A stretch of DNA of 64,000 nucleotides from Bacteroidales bacterium (GCA_017469845.1 JAFUFP010000045.1:90567-154566), one strand, 5' to 3'. Positions 28,599 to 37,954 are shown, counted from the stretch's first letter. Numbers and translations: made by a program. Notes: generated by a model not told the origin, from the sequence alone.

Positions 28599-29501
28599 AT
28601 GACAGCGAAAACACTCGTTCAGATATTATCCTCATTGATGCTGGCACTTTCACCCGTAAAATCCGAAGGCATGACAAAAACCAGGATCCACATTCCCCGG
28701 GAGGACGGACATTCCCTCAAGGTACTCATCTACCGTCCCGACTCCCCTTCCTCCGCTCCCGCCACCGGAGTGCTCTGGATCCACGGAGGAGGATACATAA
28801 CCGGAATGGCCTCGATGGTCGGCTGGCTGGGACGTCCAGCCCCTCTTGTGGAGAAATACGGAGCCGTGGTCATAAGCCCAGGATACCGCCTCTCCCCGAG
28901 AGGAAGATACCCTGTAGCCCTGGAGGACTGCTACGAAGCGCTCCGCTACATGGTAACCCATGCCGATGAACTGGGGATAAGGAAGGATCAGATATTCGTC
29001 GGAGGTGAAAGTGCGGGAGGAGGCCTATGCGCCGCCCTTTGCCTTCTGGCAAGGGACCGGGGAGAATTCAACATCGCATTCCAGATGCCCCTTTACCCGA
29101 TGATCGACGACCGCGACACCCCTTCCTCCAAGGACAATCACAACAAGGTCTGGAACACGAAAACGAACCATTTCGGATGGAAGCGATACCTTGGCCCCCT
29201 ATACGGTACCGACGATGTCCCCGCCTACGCCGCTCCGGCAAGGGAAACCGACCTTAGGGGCCTTCCTCCCGCATACACCTTCGTATGCACGGATGAGCCC
29301 TTCTACTGCGAAACCCTCACATTCGTTGAGAACCTCCGCTCGGCCGGGATTGAAGCGGGACTCGACGTCTACGAAGGGCTGTACCACGCCTTCGACATGC
29401 TCGCCCCGAAAAGGGAAGAATCAATAAAAGCCGCCGAGAACTTCGAAAAGGCCTTCCTCCATGCCGTAGAGAACTACTTCGCCCCGAACGGTAAGAACTG
29501 A
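28599..29501 (+). CDS. HSL-family (family IV) esterase/lipase
   Basis: HGGG oxyanion motif, GESAGG, YPMIDDR and LYHAFD. Confidence 0.88.
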   Translation: MTAKTLVQILSSLMLALSPVKSEGMTKTRIHIPREDGHSLKVLIYRPDSPSSAPATGVLWIHGGGYITGMASMVGWLGRPAPLVEKYGAVVISPGYRLSPRGRYPVALEDCYEALRYMVTHADELGIRKDQIFVGGESAGGGLCAALCLLARDRGEFNIAFQMPLYPMIDDRDTPSSKDNHNKVWNTKTNHFGWKRYLGPLYGTDDVPAYAAPARETDLRGLPPAYTFVCTDEPFYCETLTFVENLRSAGIEAGLDVYEGLYHAFDMLAPKREESIKAAENFEKAFLHAVENYFAPNGKN

Positions 29502-29593
29502 CGGCGTACGCAAAAAAGGCGATCGGGACTGTACCCTTGCGGATACGGCCCCGACCGTTCGTTCTATGACTACCCGCTTGCGGGAATGACTTC

Positions 29594-31081
29594 TCAGTCA
29601 TCGGTCTCACCCATCACGATAATGAGGTGGTCTCCCTTCTGGAGCACCATGCTTCCGTGCGGGACAAGGAACTTGTCGTCCCTTTTCACCATCACGACCC
29701 TGATTTCGTGGGGAAGATTGAGGTCACGCAGAGTTTCCCCGTCGACAAGTTCACCTTCCGAGAGCGTGTGGTCACGGAGCATTCCCATCTCCTCGGGAAT
29801 CTCCATACCGAAAGTCTCGACTTCCGGATCCTCGTCATAGCTGAGTTTGAGGAAATCCGCAGCCTTGGAAAGCGACATTCCCTGCACCATCAAAGAGAAC
29901 AGTGTGATGCAGAAGACGATGTTGAAGATCTCGGTCGACCCCTCTATGCCGGCGACAACCGGACACAGGGCGAAAAGGATTGGACCGGCTCCCTTGAGTC
30001 CGACCCATGAAACCAGGAGCTTCGCTCTCACTGAGATGCCCTTGAACGGAAGAAGGCAAAGGAAAACGCTTGCAGGACGCGCCACGAGCATCATGAAAAC
30101 TCCGATGATGAGAGCGGGAAGGATGATTCCGCCCATCTGGGAAGGACGTGCAAGGAGTCCCAGGACGAGGAACATCAGAAGCTGCATCAACCACGTCATT
30201 CCGTCAAAGAAGCTGAGGATGTAATTCTTCCTTCTGAGCTCAGCCTTGTTGCCGATGATGATGGCCGCGATATAGAGGGAAAGGAGTCCGTTTCCGTCAA
30301 GTACTGAAGCAATACCGTTGGCGAAGAATCCGATGCTGAGGATCAGCACCGAATAGAGCGAGCTGCTCGAAAGGTTCACCTTGTTGAGGAGATAGGTCGC
30401 CCCGTATCCCACCAGCATACCCACTGCGAATCCCACCACCATCTGAAGGAAGAGGACCCATATTCCGGTAAGGGCCATAGCCCCCATGCCGACGGCCTTC
30501 GTCGATGAAAGGACCTGCACCAGAATGATGGTGAGGACGTAGGCCATGGGGTCATTACTTCCGGATTCAAGCTCCAGCATCGGACCCAGGTTCTCCCTGA
30601 GGTGCATCTTCTTTCCCCTGAGGATCGAGAAGACGGAAGCCGAGTCGGTTGATGACATCACCGCCGACAGGAGGAAACATCCCAAAATGGTGGAACCGAT
30701 GGAACCTATCATTCCGGGAAGAACCAACCAGATGAACAGACCCGTCAGAACGACCGTAAGGAAGACTCCCAGGGTCGACAGGAGCACTCCCTGCTTCATG
30801 ACGGGTTTGACATCCTTCAGGGAGGTTTCCAAACCGCCGCTGAACAGGATCACCGTCATAGCGAAATGTCCTATCGACTCGGCGATCTCGTAATCCTGGA
30901 ACTTGAGTCCGATACCGTCGGCACCCACCACCATTCCGAGGATCAGGAACAGCAGCAGGGACGGGGTACCGAACTTGTTGCCCACCTTCGTGGTCAGGAT
31001 GGCGAAGAACACGAGGATCGACGCTATCAGCAGAAGGTGGTCCGAAAGCAGGTTTACCGAGAATATCGAAAGCGGCAGCAT
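29594..31081 (-). CDS. cvrA: K+/H+ antiporter (CPA1, NhaP2/CvrA type) with C-terminal TrkA-C/RCK-like domain
   Basis: Multiple hydrophobic helices; PSLLLFL..GM..G.DG, ILFSGGL.T, SSTDSASVF, LELESGSNDPMA, GLKGA.PI; C-terminal VP.GS..LQKGD. Confidence 0.9.
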   Translation of the reverse strand: MLPLSIFSVNLLSDHLLLIASILVFFAILTTKVGNKFGTPSLLLFLILGMVVGADGIGLKFQDYEIAESIGHFAMTVILFSGGLETSLKDVKPVMKQGVLLSTLGVFLTVVLTGLFIWLVLPGMIGSIGSTILGCFLLSAVMSSTDSASVFSILRGKKMHLRENLGPMLELESGSNDPMAYVLTIILVQVLSSTKAVGMGAMALTGIWVLFLQMVVGFAVGMLVGYGATYLLNKVNLSSSSLYSVLILSIGFFANGIASVLDGNGLLSLYIAAIIIGNKAELRRKNYILSFFDGMTWLMQLLMFLVLGLLARPSQMGGIILPALIIGVFMMLVARPASVFLCLLPFKGISVRAKLLVSWVGLKGAGPILFALCPVVAGIEGSTEIFNIVFCITLFSLMVQGMSLSKAADFLKLSYDEDPEVETFGMEIPEEMGMLRDHTLSEGELVDGETLRDLNLPHEIRVVMVKRDDKFLVPHGSMVLQKGDHLIIVMGETDD

Positions 31082-31387
31082 CTAGTCTTCGATTTGGAAC
31101 AGGTTCAGGAAACCGGTCATCTGGAAGACGCTGCGGATTTCGTTGTTGATGCTTCTTACGATCACTTTGCCTCCCTTCTCGGCGGCGGCTTTCCTCAGCG
31201 ACAGGAAAATCCTGAGGCCGGAACTGGAGATGTATGACAGTTCCTTGCAGTCAAGGATTATTGTCCCTGCGGCATCCTCCTTCAAAGGTTCAAGCTGCTC
31301 AGCGACATTCTGTGCTGCGGGAGTGTCGAGGCGGCCGTTAAGTTTGGCCGTAACTTCTTGATTCTTTTTGGTTATTGATACTAACAT
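31082..31387 (-). CDS. STAS-domain anti-sigma-factor antagonist (SpoIIAA/RsbV-like)
   Basis: GRLDT and DCKELSYISSSGLR with the phosphoacceptor Ser region; VFQMTGF. Confidence 0.92.
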   Translation of the reverse strand: MLVSITKKNQEVTAKLNGRLDTPAAQNVAEQLEPLKEDAAGTIILDCKELSYISSSGLRIFLSLRKAAAEKGGKVIVRSINNEIRSVFQMTGFLNLFQIED

Positions 31388-31392
31388 ATCGC

Positions 31393-33468
31393 TTAAATGT
31401 TTTTAGTCATCGATAAAATGTTCTTTCCGTCATCACTCCTCCGGTAATTTACCGTATCCATGATGTTGCGCACGAGGAATATTCCCAACCCTCCGACGGG
31501 ACGTTCCTCCACGCCCAAAGTCGTATCCGCAACGGGGACCTGGGTAGGGTCGAAAGGAATTCCGCTGTCCGTGATGATGAATTCGAGCGACTTTTTGCGC
31601 ATGATCGCTTCGATGTCCACCAGGCCGTCGGATCCTTTCGGATAAGCGTACATGATCACGTTGGTAACCGCCTCCTCGAGAGCAAGATTAATGCCCATCG
31701 CGAGAGACTGTTCGATTTTCATCTCGTCAGCTATCGTCTCCACGAAATCAGCCAATTGAGGGATCTGCTGAATGTCATTGTGGAGGATCAGATGGCGTTC
31801 AGATTCTTCAGGGTCGATTTTGTTCATATAATGGATGAATAACATTGTGAGGTCGTCACTTTGGGGTGCAGTTCCCACGAATTTAGTCATGGCCGTCTCG
31901 AGGGCTTCGAGATGCTCCTCGGCAGTACGGCGGATGGAAAGGAGATCCTTGACCCTCTCCTCACCGAAAAGGCGGTGGTCCGCATCCTCGGCTTCGGTAA
32001 GGCCGTCAGTATAAAGGAAAATCGAATCATCAAAGGAAAGGTCTGTTTCCTGTTCCTTGAAGTTCATGCCCGGCATGACGCCGATCGGAAGATTCGGTTC
32101 CACGGGAAGAGCCCCGACGGTACCTTTGAGGATGAACGGAGCGTTGTGACCGGCGTTGCAGTAACGTAGGTGACCGGTCCTGAGATCCAACACACCGCAG
32201 AAGAACGTGACGAACATGTTGTTCTCGTTCGTTCCCGTCATGGAGTCGTTGATGGCGGAGACAATCCTCTGGGGGCTCTTTTCATGTGCGGATACCGTAC
32301 GGAAAAGGCTCCTGGTGACCGCCATCAGAAGCGATGCGGGCACACCCTTGCCGCTGACGTCACCGATGCAGAAGAAGAGTCTCTCCTCCTTTATGAAGAA
32401 GTCATACAGGTCGCCTCCCACCTCCTTGGCCGGATACATCGCGGCTGCGAGGTCCAGATCCGTCCTCTCCGGGAAAGGAGGGAAGATCTTGGGAAGCATG
32501 GACATCTGTATTTCGCTGGCGATCTTAAGTTCGCTTTCTATCTTTTCCTTGCTGGCTTCGACCTGACGGAGCTTCGCCTGCTCCTTGATGGTACGGCTGA
32601 GGATGAACCACAGCAGCAAAAGTCCCAGGATCTGGAGGAGGATCACCCTGTGCCCCAACCTGTTGATGCTCTCGAAAACTTCATCCTGCGGGATGACGAT
32701 CGACATCGTCCAACCGGTGTCGGACATCTCGGCCTCCTGACGGAGAGCCTTTCCACTGACCACAGAGTCGGGGGAAGCGGCCAGAAGACGGCCTTCACGG
32801 CTGGTTATCTTGCTGAACGAATTGGGGTACAGCCGCACATTCTCGACAAGAGAGGAAAGGAACGAGAGGGAAACGTCTGTCCCGAGGACGGCGGCCATCT
32901 TCCCGTCCAGGTCGTAGACGGGTTCGGCATAAGTCACCACCATGGACTTTCCGCCGCTGTTGTCGAAGTAGGGTTCACTCCATGAGCCGATGCCGGAATC
33001 GAAGACTTTCTTGAACCAGGGCATGGACAGATAGTCATGCTGCTCGGAGCCGATTTCCTCGTCTACGATTTCACCGCCTTCCGAGCGGGACGAAGAGGGC
33101 TCGAACCAGTATCCCATCTGGGGATAGTAGCTGGGAGAGAAAGCCATCGCCACATCAGCGATGTCGGGATTGGTGAAGAGCAACTGGTGGAAGAAGTCGT
33201 ACAGCTCGTCCGTGTCGTCGAGATGTTCCGTCATTACCCAAGCCATGTTCTTGGTGGCGGTCTCGACATTCTCCATGATGCTCTCTATCTTCAGACTGGA
33301 GACCATCAGCTCGTTCTTTGCCCTGAGCTCGGCTTCGTTCTTGAGGTCCCTGCGGGCGAAAAAGAACTGGGTCAGCGTTGTCGCTTCCAGCATGACGGCG
33401 GCCAACAGCACCATGAAAAGACCACGGCGCCTGTATACCTTAGCAGTTGCTGAAAGTTTCTCGCTCAT
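31393..33468 (-). CDS. Membrane sensor: TM-Cache-TM, SpoIIE/PP2C phosphatase and C-terminal RsbW-like HATPase kinase
   Basis: W(S)EPYFD Cache motif; AKEVGGDLYD, GDVSGKG, YTDGLTEA and QSDDLT PP2C motifs; LEEAVTNV, D.G.PFDP and GGLG GHKL motifs. Confidence 0.9.
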   Translation of the reverse strand: MSEKLSATAKVYRRRGLFMVLLAAVMLEATTLTQFFFARRDLKNEAELRAKNELMVSSLKIESIMENVETATKNMAWVMTEHLDDTDELYDFFHQLLFTNPDIADVAMAFSPSYYPQMGYWFEPSSSRSEGGEIVDEEIGSEQHDYLSMPWFKKVFDSGIGSWSEPYFDNSGGKSMVVTYAEPVYDLDGKMAAVLGTDVSLSFLSSLVENVRLYPNSFSKITSREGRLLAASPDSVVSGKALRQEAEMSDTGWTMSIVIPQDEVFESINRLGHRVILLQILGLLLLWFILSRTIKEQAKLRQVEASKEKIESELKIASEIQMSMLPKIFPPFPERTDLDLAAAMYPAKEVGGDLYDFFIKEERLFFCIGDVSGKGVPASLLMAVTRSLFRTVSAHEKSPQRIVSAINDSMTGTNENNMFVTFFCGVLDLRTGHLRYCNAGHNAPFILKGTVGALPVEPNLPIGVMPGMNFKEQETDLSFDDSIFLYTDGLTEAEDADHRLFGEERVKDLLSIRRTAEEHLEALETAMTKFVGTAPQSDDLTMLFIHYMNKIDPEESERHLILHNDIQQIPQLADFVETIADEMKIEQSLAMGINLALEEAVTNVIMYAYPKGSDGLVDIEAIMRKKSLEFIITDSGIPFDPTQVPVADTTLGVEERPVGGLGIFLVRNIMDTVNYRRSDDGKNILSMTKNI

Positions 33469-33474
33469 AATTCT

Positions 33475-34311
33475 TTATCCAAAAAACACCCTATCGATCA
33501 CATCGTGGAATTCCTTCCTCCTGCAGCCGCAGTCCCTGTCGATCATGATCGTCTTGAGGGCAGCATACGGAAGGATCAGCCTGTCCACTTCCTCCATCGT
33601 GAGGTCCGTACCGAAATACTCCGGAACGAAAGCGTCCCAGAAAGCGGAAGCGGTGGCGTTGTCCACGTGCAGATATTCCTTATTGAATTCTTCGCCACTC
33701 AATTTGCAGCAAAGATACAACATCCCGAGGTCAAAATACGGATGGCCGTATCCGAAATCGCCCAAATCTATGAAATATTTCTCCCCTCCGACGAAAATAG
33801 CGTTTCCGAAATGAAGGTCGCCGTGGAGGGCGGTATCGGAATCGGGGGCGTCGATGATGAACCTGGAAAGGCGGTCCTTTTCCCGGGGAGTGAAATAAGG
33901 GCTTTCGCCCAGAAGGCGGAGATACCGTACCTTCACGGACTCGAACTCGGACATGTTCACATGGACGGCATGCAGATGCTTGCACATCACCGCGAAATCC
34001 ACCGCGTATTCCGCCACCTTTTCGGGATGGTCACCGCAGGCCCTGGCGAATGAAGTCTTGCCGACAATCCGGCGGAAGCGGATTCCGTAGCGGCCGTCTT
34101 CAGTGACGACGTAGTCCCCGGGCTCGGGAGTGGGAACCCCCAAGTCATAGACCTTCCTTGCCAGCAGCATTTCATCAAGGGGCTGATTGATCATCCCCGG
34201 GAAATACAGTTTCAGCATCACGGAAGGATCCTTCCTGTGATTGTAGCTTTCGCCGTTGGCCCCGCCGCCGGCGAGGACGTAATCGTCAATCGAGATTTTT
34301 ATCGGTTCCAT
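33475..34311 (-). CDS. APH/choline-kinase-fold phosphotransferase
   Basis: GGGANG glycine loop, MLKLY lysine, HGDLHFGN catalytic loop and IDLGD metal-binding motif. Confidence 0.85.
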   Translation of the reverse strand: MEPIKISIDDYVLAGGGANGESYNHRKDPSVMLKLYFPGMINQPLDEMLLARKVYDLGVPTPEPGDYVVTEDGRYGIRFRRIVGKTSFARACGDHPEKVAEYAVDFAVMCKHLHAVHVNMSEFESVKVRYLRLLGESPYFTPREKDRLSRFIIDAPDSDTALHGDLHFGNAIFVGGEKYFIDLGDFGYGHPYFDLGMLYLCCKLSGEEFNKEYLHVDNATASAFWDAFVPEYFGTDLTMEEVDRLILPYAALKTIMIDRDCGCRRKEFHDVIDRVFFG

Positions 34312-34885
34312 TTCCGAAGACTTTGTCAATCAGATCCGTAAATTCCTCATATGCCGCCGTACCGGACAATTCCCCGAGGGATTTGGCCAGTCCCCTGTAA
34401 TGCCACTCGTGGTCAAAGCGGTTCTTGGTGTGGAAGATGTTCCAAAGTTCATCCCCGACAACAGCGAAATCCCTCGCTATAGCCCTCATGTTGGAGAGTT
34501 TGTCCCCGAGGGCCACCATCTTGACGTCGAGTGAAGAAGCCGCGAGCCTTTCGATGGCGGCGAGTTTCCGGCGTCTCCAGCTTTCTTCCTTGGTCTCCCC
34601 TTCGATGAAAACGTCGCTTTCACCGTAGACCAGATCGGCGACCCTGTCCCCGAATTCCCGCCTTATGTCTTCAACCGTCACGGACGTATCTTCAACCGTG
34701 TCGTGCAGAGCGGCGGCTGCCATCAGCTCCTGGTCCTTGGTCAAAGTCGAGACGATCTCCATCGCCTCCATCGGATGGACGATGTACGGTATCCCCTTGC
34801 CGCGGCGTTCCGTCCCGGTGTGGGCCTTGACCGCGAAGAGGATCGCCCTGTCAAGAAGTTCGGTATTGATGGGTCCGTTGGGCAT
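34286..34885 (-). CDS. HD-domain small alarmone hydrolase (Mesh1/SAH-like)
   Basis: FAVKAH...R, PYIVHP, LHDTVEDT and DKLSN motifs of the RelA/SpoT hydrolase domain. Confidence 0.88.
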   Translation of the reverse strand: MPNGPINTELLDRAILFAVKAHTGTERRGKGIPYIVHPMEAMEIVSTLTKDQELMAAAALHDTVEDTSVTVEDIRREFGDRVADLVYGESDVFIEGETKEESWRRRKLAAIERLAASSLDVKMVALGDKLSNMRAIARDFAVVGDELWNIFHTKNRFDHEWHYRGLAKSLGELSGTAAYEEFTDLIDKVFGNGTDKNLD

Positions 34886-34888
34886 GAT

Positions 34889-35953
34889 CTATTCCTCCTG
34901 ATTCATGAAAGGCATCTCCATCGCCTGTGAAACAAGCATCTGGGCCATCATTTCATTGGCTTCCGAAGGACCGTTCAAAGTGTCGAACATGTAACGGATC
35001 CCCGCCTTGCCGCCTCCCCGCTTGAGGATGCAGGCTATGCACAGGTTCTGGGGACCGATCGAAGAGGATACTATGTCGAGGTCGGTAAGTCCTATCTGGT
35101 AGCAGGCTATCTGGTATGCCCCTTCCGAATAATCCTTTATCAGGCGGGAGATGTCCCCCAGAGTTGAGCAATTCAGCATCTGGAAGACCTTCAGATAAGG
35201 CATCAGCGACACTTCCTGGATCTCCGCCTGGTTCATCGACGCGATCCTGCGGTTGAGGTTGCCGAAAGGATTCATGCCGAGGTAGCTGCGGAAGGTGTCT
35301 CCGTCGAGAGGTGCGTCATCAAGGTCACCGGAGGCCACGAGAGCCTGGACTTTGCGGCGGTAATCGGTGAGTTCGCTGCGGATTTTGCTGAACTCCTCGT
35401 CGACGAGTTCGAGCATTCCGGCAAGGCGGCTCATAGAGCGGCGGTAACGTTTGGGGATTTCAACTCCGCTCTTGTAACCGGTATCGTGGTTCATGTTCGC
35501 CCAGGAGTGCTGGAGCACGGTCCTCATCTGGATTTCGAACTTGTAGGGGAAGCTCTTCACCGAGCACACGTAGTGCAGGGAAAGATATCCGAAACTGTCT
35601 ATTTCAAGGAGCTTCCGCTTATCCACGGAGTTCTTCCAGTCGACGGTGAAAAGACGTTCCACAGCCGAAGCGACCTTGTCCACATCGTCGGTGTAGAATG
35701 TTATGATCCTGAGGCCCAGGATATCGGTTATGTCGGCGAGGGAAGAATATTTCTGACCCTTCAGTTCAAGTTTGCCCGCAAGGGAAGATTCGGTCTTCAC
35801 CCTTGATTCCAACGAAGCCACATTGACCCCGGCCTTGTCAAGAAGGGAGCGGAGTCGTTTGACGAGAATCTTTTCCTCCTTTTTGAAAAGGGGAAGATTA
35901 TTCCTGTACTCGTCCATTATGGACTGGCAATGGGCATCCAGAACTGGTTTCAT
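34889..35953 (-). CDS. Small alarmone synthetase (RelA/SpoT synthetase domain) with C-terminal extension
   Basis: SRVK..SSL..K, DILGLRI, GYLSLHY and EIQMRT..QH.WA...HD.GYK motifs. Confidence 0.9.
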   Translation of the reverse strand: MKPVLDAHCQSIMDEYRNNLPLFKKEEKILVKRLRSLLDKAGVNVASLESRVKTESSLAGKLELKGQKYSSLADITDILGLRIITFYTDDVDKVASAVERLFTVDWKNSVDKRKLLEIDSFGYLSLHYVCSVKSFPYKFEIQMRTVLQHSWANMNHDTGYKSGVEIPKRYRRSMSRLAGMLELVDEEFSKIRSELTDYRRKVQALVASGDLDDAPLDGDTFRSYLGMNPFGNLNRRIASMNQAEIQEVSLMPYLKVFQMLNCSTLGDISRLIKDYSEGAYQIACYQIGLTDLDIVSSSIGPQNLCIACILKRGGGKAGIRYMFDTLNGPSEANEMMAQMLVSQAMEMPFMNQEE

Positions 35954-36304
35954 AGAAAATAATAGCATATTTAATCAAAGGTATGAAATATTTCCGGGAT
36001 TCCGGCTTTTCCGAAGGAAAAACGTTATTTCCATAGCCGAAAGGACCACCGGTAAACGGGTTGACGTTCCCTTCGAAGGCAAAATACAATAGACCAAGGC
36101 CGGTATTCCGGGAAGTGTACGAAAGAATCAATCCCATCGGCATAGGGGGAACACTCCAGAGATGAATTTCAGATACGGCACCGGAAAAAACGAATCGGAA
36201 CATCCTTGAAAGGAGTTGTACGCCGATACAGAAAATGAAGAAAATTTTTCTCGATTTTTGCAAAACAGACATTCGGCTAAACATCTAATATATAAACATA
36301 TAAA

Positions 36305-36360
36305 CCTCAAATCAAAGATCAAATGTTCTGCCAGAATCGCTAAAAAAATCAAAATCTGGC
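36305..36360 (+). repeat. 56-bp direct repeat, copy 1
   Basis: cctcaaatcaaagatcaaatgttctgccagaatcgctaaaaaaatcaaaatctggc; 54/56 identical to 37955..38010. Confidence 0.9.
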
Positions 36361-36405
36361 ACAACATTCCTCTAAAATTCTTACATTTGTAAAAAGTCAC
36401 GAGCC

Positions 36406-37830
36406 ATGGATAAAATTATCGGAAGAGACATAGAACTTTCAAGAATCGAAAGATACTTCAGCAGCGGCAAAAGCGAATTCGTAGCGCTGTATGGTAGAAG
36501 ACGTGTAGGTAAAACTTCTCTGATAAGATACTATTTCAAAGACAAGTTTGATTTCTTCGCCAGCGGAGTACTGGACGGCAATAAAGAGGACCAGAAAAAC
36601 GCATTCATCAAAGCTCTTGAAAAATACGGATACTCCGGTCCCACACCTCAGAACTGGAATCAGGCTTTTGAAGCTCTCGGTTCCATAATCGAGAAGAAAA
36701 AAAGGAAAAAACGCTGCGTCATCTTCATTGATGAAATTTCATGTTTCGATTTTGAATATTCCAACTTTGTCAAAGAACTCGGCATATTCTGGAATACCAA
36801 GGCTTCTTGGTACGACAATGTGTTTCTTATCATCTGCGGCTCGGCGACATCGTGGATGATCAGAAACGTCATTGACAATCGCGGAGGACTCCATAAACGA
36901 TGCACACGGGAAATGCACCTGAAACCGTTCAACCTGTACAAATCTGAAATGTACTTCAAGGCAAAGCATTACAAATGGGACAGGATGACAATCCTGCAAT
37001 TGTATCTTGCTTTGGGCGGAATACCATACTATTTTTCCTTGCTCGATCCGGGAAAGAGTGCAGCAGAGAATATCGACATGCTGTTCTTCTCAACCGATGC
37101 TGATCTTAAGGACGAATTCAGACGGCTGTATTCATCTCTTTTCAAAACTCCCGAAAAATATATGGATATAATAAGACTCCTTTCAAGAAGCAAAGAGGGT
37201 CTGACCAGAAAAGAAATTTCCTCAGCGATAAAAACCAGTACAGGTGACGATCTGACCAAAATGTTGAAAGATTTGATTTACAGCGACCTTATCATTTACA
37301 GCAACAATGGCAAAAAAAAGACTTCAGGCATATACCGCATCATAGATTTCTTCACAATTTTCCACCTGACGTTCTGCGAAGGAACCATAACAGACCGTGC
37401 ATATTGGCGACACACACTCAACACTCCCGCACAAAACACATGGTACGGTCTGGCATTTGAGCGTCTGTGCCTTTACCATATATGGGAAATCATTCAGTCA
37501 TTGAGATTGGATACAATACTCACTACATATTATTCATGGAGAAGTGCAGGTGAGTATCCTGCGCAGATTGACATGATTATTGACAGGGCTGATGGAATTA
37601 CCGACATATGCGAGATGAAGTACTCGAGGTATGAGTACATCCAGGATGCCGAAGAAAGCAATAAATTGTATAGACGGATTGAGAATTTTCGGAAAGCGGG
37701 CAAAAACAAAAAAACCATACGGACAGTTCTTGTCACCACACAAGGTTTGGCAAAGGGAGAACATAGTGATGATTTTTCAAAAGTACTGACACTTAAAGAC
37801 CTTTTTATAGAAAACACGGAAGAATCTTAA
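36406..37830 (+). CDS. AAA/P-loop ATPase ('archaeal ATPase' type) with possible C-terminal PD-(D/E)XK-like domain
   Basis: YGRRRVGKT Walker A, IFIDE Walker B, ICGS; C-terminal QIDMIIDR.D....ICEMKY; AT-rich; -7 box TACATTTG at 36382-36389. Confidence 0.88.
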   Translation: MDKIIGRDIELSRIERYFSSGKSEFVALYGRRRVGKTSLIRYYFKDKFDFFASGVLDGNKEDQKNAFIKALEKYGYSGPTPQNWNQAFEALGSIIEKKKRKKRCVIFIDEISCFDFEYSNFVKELGIFWNTKASWYDNVFLIICGSATSWMIRNVIDNRGGLHKRCTREMHLKPFNLYKSEMYFKAKHYKWDRMTILQLYLALGGIPYYFSLLDPGKSAAENIDMLFFSTDADLKDEFRRLYSSLFKTPEKYMDIIRLLSRSKEGLTRKEISSAIKTSTGDDLTKMLKDLIYSDLIIYSNNGKKKTSGIYRIIDFFTIFHLTFCEGTITDRAYWRHTLNTPAQNTWYGLAFERLCLYHIWEIIQSLRLDTILTTYYSWRSAGEYPAQIDMIIDRADGITDICEMKYSRYEYIQDAEESNKLYRRIENFRKAGKNKKTIRTVLVTTQGLAKGEHSDDFSKVLTLKDLFIENTEES

Positions 37831-37954
37831 GACCGGGAACACCTTGGTCTTGAATAAAAATTCACTTTATTCTTTTTACAAAAATCAATATCCTCTCTTC
37901 TCCGTTTTCTGCAAAAAACAATAAATACAAATCTTTGATTGACACAGAAATAAT

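Noticed and set aside
33475-34311. Aminoglycoside-resistance gene call
   Set aside because: Only the generic kinase fold motifs are present, and the context is a signalling operon, not a resistance cassette.
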